A stretch of DNA of 64,000 nt from Squalus acanthias (lineage: Eukaryota): assembly GCA_030390025.1 (NCBI GenBank), contig CM059432.1, positions 133,922,001-133,986,000 on the forward strand. The letters are read 5' to 3'. Positions 62,414 to 64,000 of this stretch are shown here, one piece after another. The notes beneath the pieces are model-generated. The model was given only the letters and a program-made list of their open reading frames with translations, did not search any database and was not told the DNA's origin. How positions within the stretch are numbered: the first letter of the stretch is position 1; the number at the start of each line of letters is the position of its first letter. Made by a program: the position numbers and the translations under genes.

Positions 62414-62685
62414 CCCGATTTCCTTCGCCCCACCATTGACGGCTGTGCTTTCAGCTGCCTGGGCCCCAAACCTCTGGAATTGTCTCCCTAAACCTCTCCG
62501 CCTCTCCACCTCTCTCTTCCTTTAAGATGCTCTTTAAAACCTTCCTCTTTGACCAAGCTTTTGGTCACCTGTCCTAATATCTCCTTATGTATCTCGGTGT
62601 CAAATTTTGTTCGATAATCACTCTTGTGAAGCGACTTGGGACGTTTTACTGCATTAAAGGCGCTATATAAATGCAAGTTGTTGTT
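62414..62685 (+). mobile_element. L2 LINE 3' end
   Basis: Matches the reverse complement of 8698-8980; (TTG)n tail. Confidence 0.85.
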
Positions 62686-63502
62686 GGTTTTCTCAGTCCA
62701 ATCCCTGGAGCATATCCCATTGCATTGTGACAAAAACTTCTGCCGTTTTATGCCACTATATATATGAGCAAGCCTGCCATGAAACTGAAGTCACCCATTG
62801 CTACACGGCCATATCTTACTTTGTAAGAAAGCAATGAGTGACAGACTGCTGAAGGCCTTTTAAAGCGTAGGGCCCAGGCCAGCAGGTAACATTCCTGTTT
62901 TCTGTCACAACTGCTGGTCTTCAACCACCCAGTAAACTTCTCCCACTTGATAAGTTCCAGGGCACTCCTCAGTCAGTGCGGCATGCATCCGCACATTTAA
63001 CTTCACAGGAAAAACTGGTTCATTCAGCACCTCCATCACCCCCACACCCCACAACAAAAATTGTCATTCGTAAAATCGCGGGGTGGAGGTTGGGTGTTGT
63101 AATTCGCTAACCGGCAAAAAAAAATGACGTTTTCAGGAATGTTTATCACTGAGACTCTGAAGACTTGTTTTATCTCCCATCATTTTGTTATTTCTTTAAA
63201 GAATTAAAAACGGATTTGACATTTTCCAGACGTTAACCCTTTACAATCTGCTCACTCTGGCATTTGCAACAACACCTTTCGAGTTCCTCACCGAATGTCA
63301 CATACTTGGATTAAACACTTCGAGCTGCTCCAGGGATATACAGACTTTGGACAACCATGATTATGACCATTGCTTCTGAGGTAACACATCCGTTTAATCA
63401 CTGAAAGTTTTTTTTTTTCTGCACACCTTTTGTTTAATTTGCCACCAATTCTTGGTTCCAAGCCTGTTTGCCCCCTTAAGGTATCCATTTCCAGAAGGCT
63501 TC

Positions 63503-63674
63503 GGGGGGATCATTTTGACTTTGTGCGATAGTGTAAAATGGGTGATAGCGAGTCGGCAGCCTGTTTTACATCTCTCCCCATTCCAATGGAAATCAAAATG
63601 GGGAAAGGTGGCAAACGGGCTGCCGGCTCTCTATCGCCCATTTTACACTATCGCACCGAGTCAAAATTACCCAC
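63503..63674. mobile_element. Palindromic MITE
   Basis: Roughly 75-bp arms: ATTTTGACTTTGTGCGATAGTGTAAAATGGG.. / ..CCCATTTTACACTATCGCACCGAGTCAAAAT. Confidence 0.72.
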
Positions 63675-64000
63675 TTTAGATAAGGCTCTCAGAAACAAGC
63701 ATCTGAAAAGCACCCACTGTTAATATGTGTATACGTATAGCATGTGTGTAAATATTAACAGGCTACTGGTTTTCTGTTTTCATGATGGAGTCAGGGAGTG
63801 TGGTTCCCAGAAAAAAACACTCAAAGTCACAGAATCCTGTGTAAAAAAAAAATATTGACTTATTGGGATGGATTTCCCTGAGCTACATCGCCAGAAATCA
63901 GGTGGTAAAGAGGCAGAAAACGATGCATAAATCGGGCGGGGAAGCCTACCACTGCTTCCCCACCCCTATCAGTGTTAACCTTGATTTTCCTCCCACCCCC

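Overview
Eukaryotic, repeat-dense non-coding DNA, almost certainly from a cartilaginous fish (shark). The evidence is SacSINE1-like DeuSINEs, HER1-like CR1 LINEs, L2 tails and shark-type Penelope termini. I found no intact host gene and no exon I can recognise; the long ORFs are decayed transposon genes, antisense frames of those genes, or low-complexity artefacts. The window reads as an intron or gene desert, with TE-free islands that may be conserved non-coding elements. Contents: many CR1, L2 and DeuSINE copies, a single-ORF CR1-group LINE with a tRNA-derived head plus its SINE, an Ingi/Vingi-like 3' end, Penelope-like termini with minimal hammerhead ribozymes, a decayed two-gene Harbinger and many Harbinger-type MITEs with 3-bp TSDs. 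Most notable: (1) a 2.0-kb Tx1-type element that encodes only a CCHC zinc-knuckle ORF1, inserted with a 16-bp TSD next to box A in the tRNA-like head of a DeuSINE; (2) a five-copy ~750-bp MITE family with covarying hairpins, an E-box/CCAAT module and a length-conserved 30-nt micro-exon; (3) a perfect 88-bp-arm Penelope palindrome with back-to-back hammerheads; (4) the tRNA-headed LINE. Family names come from motif recognition by eye, not database searches. Repeat boundaries are approximate unless a TSD is given.
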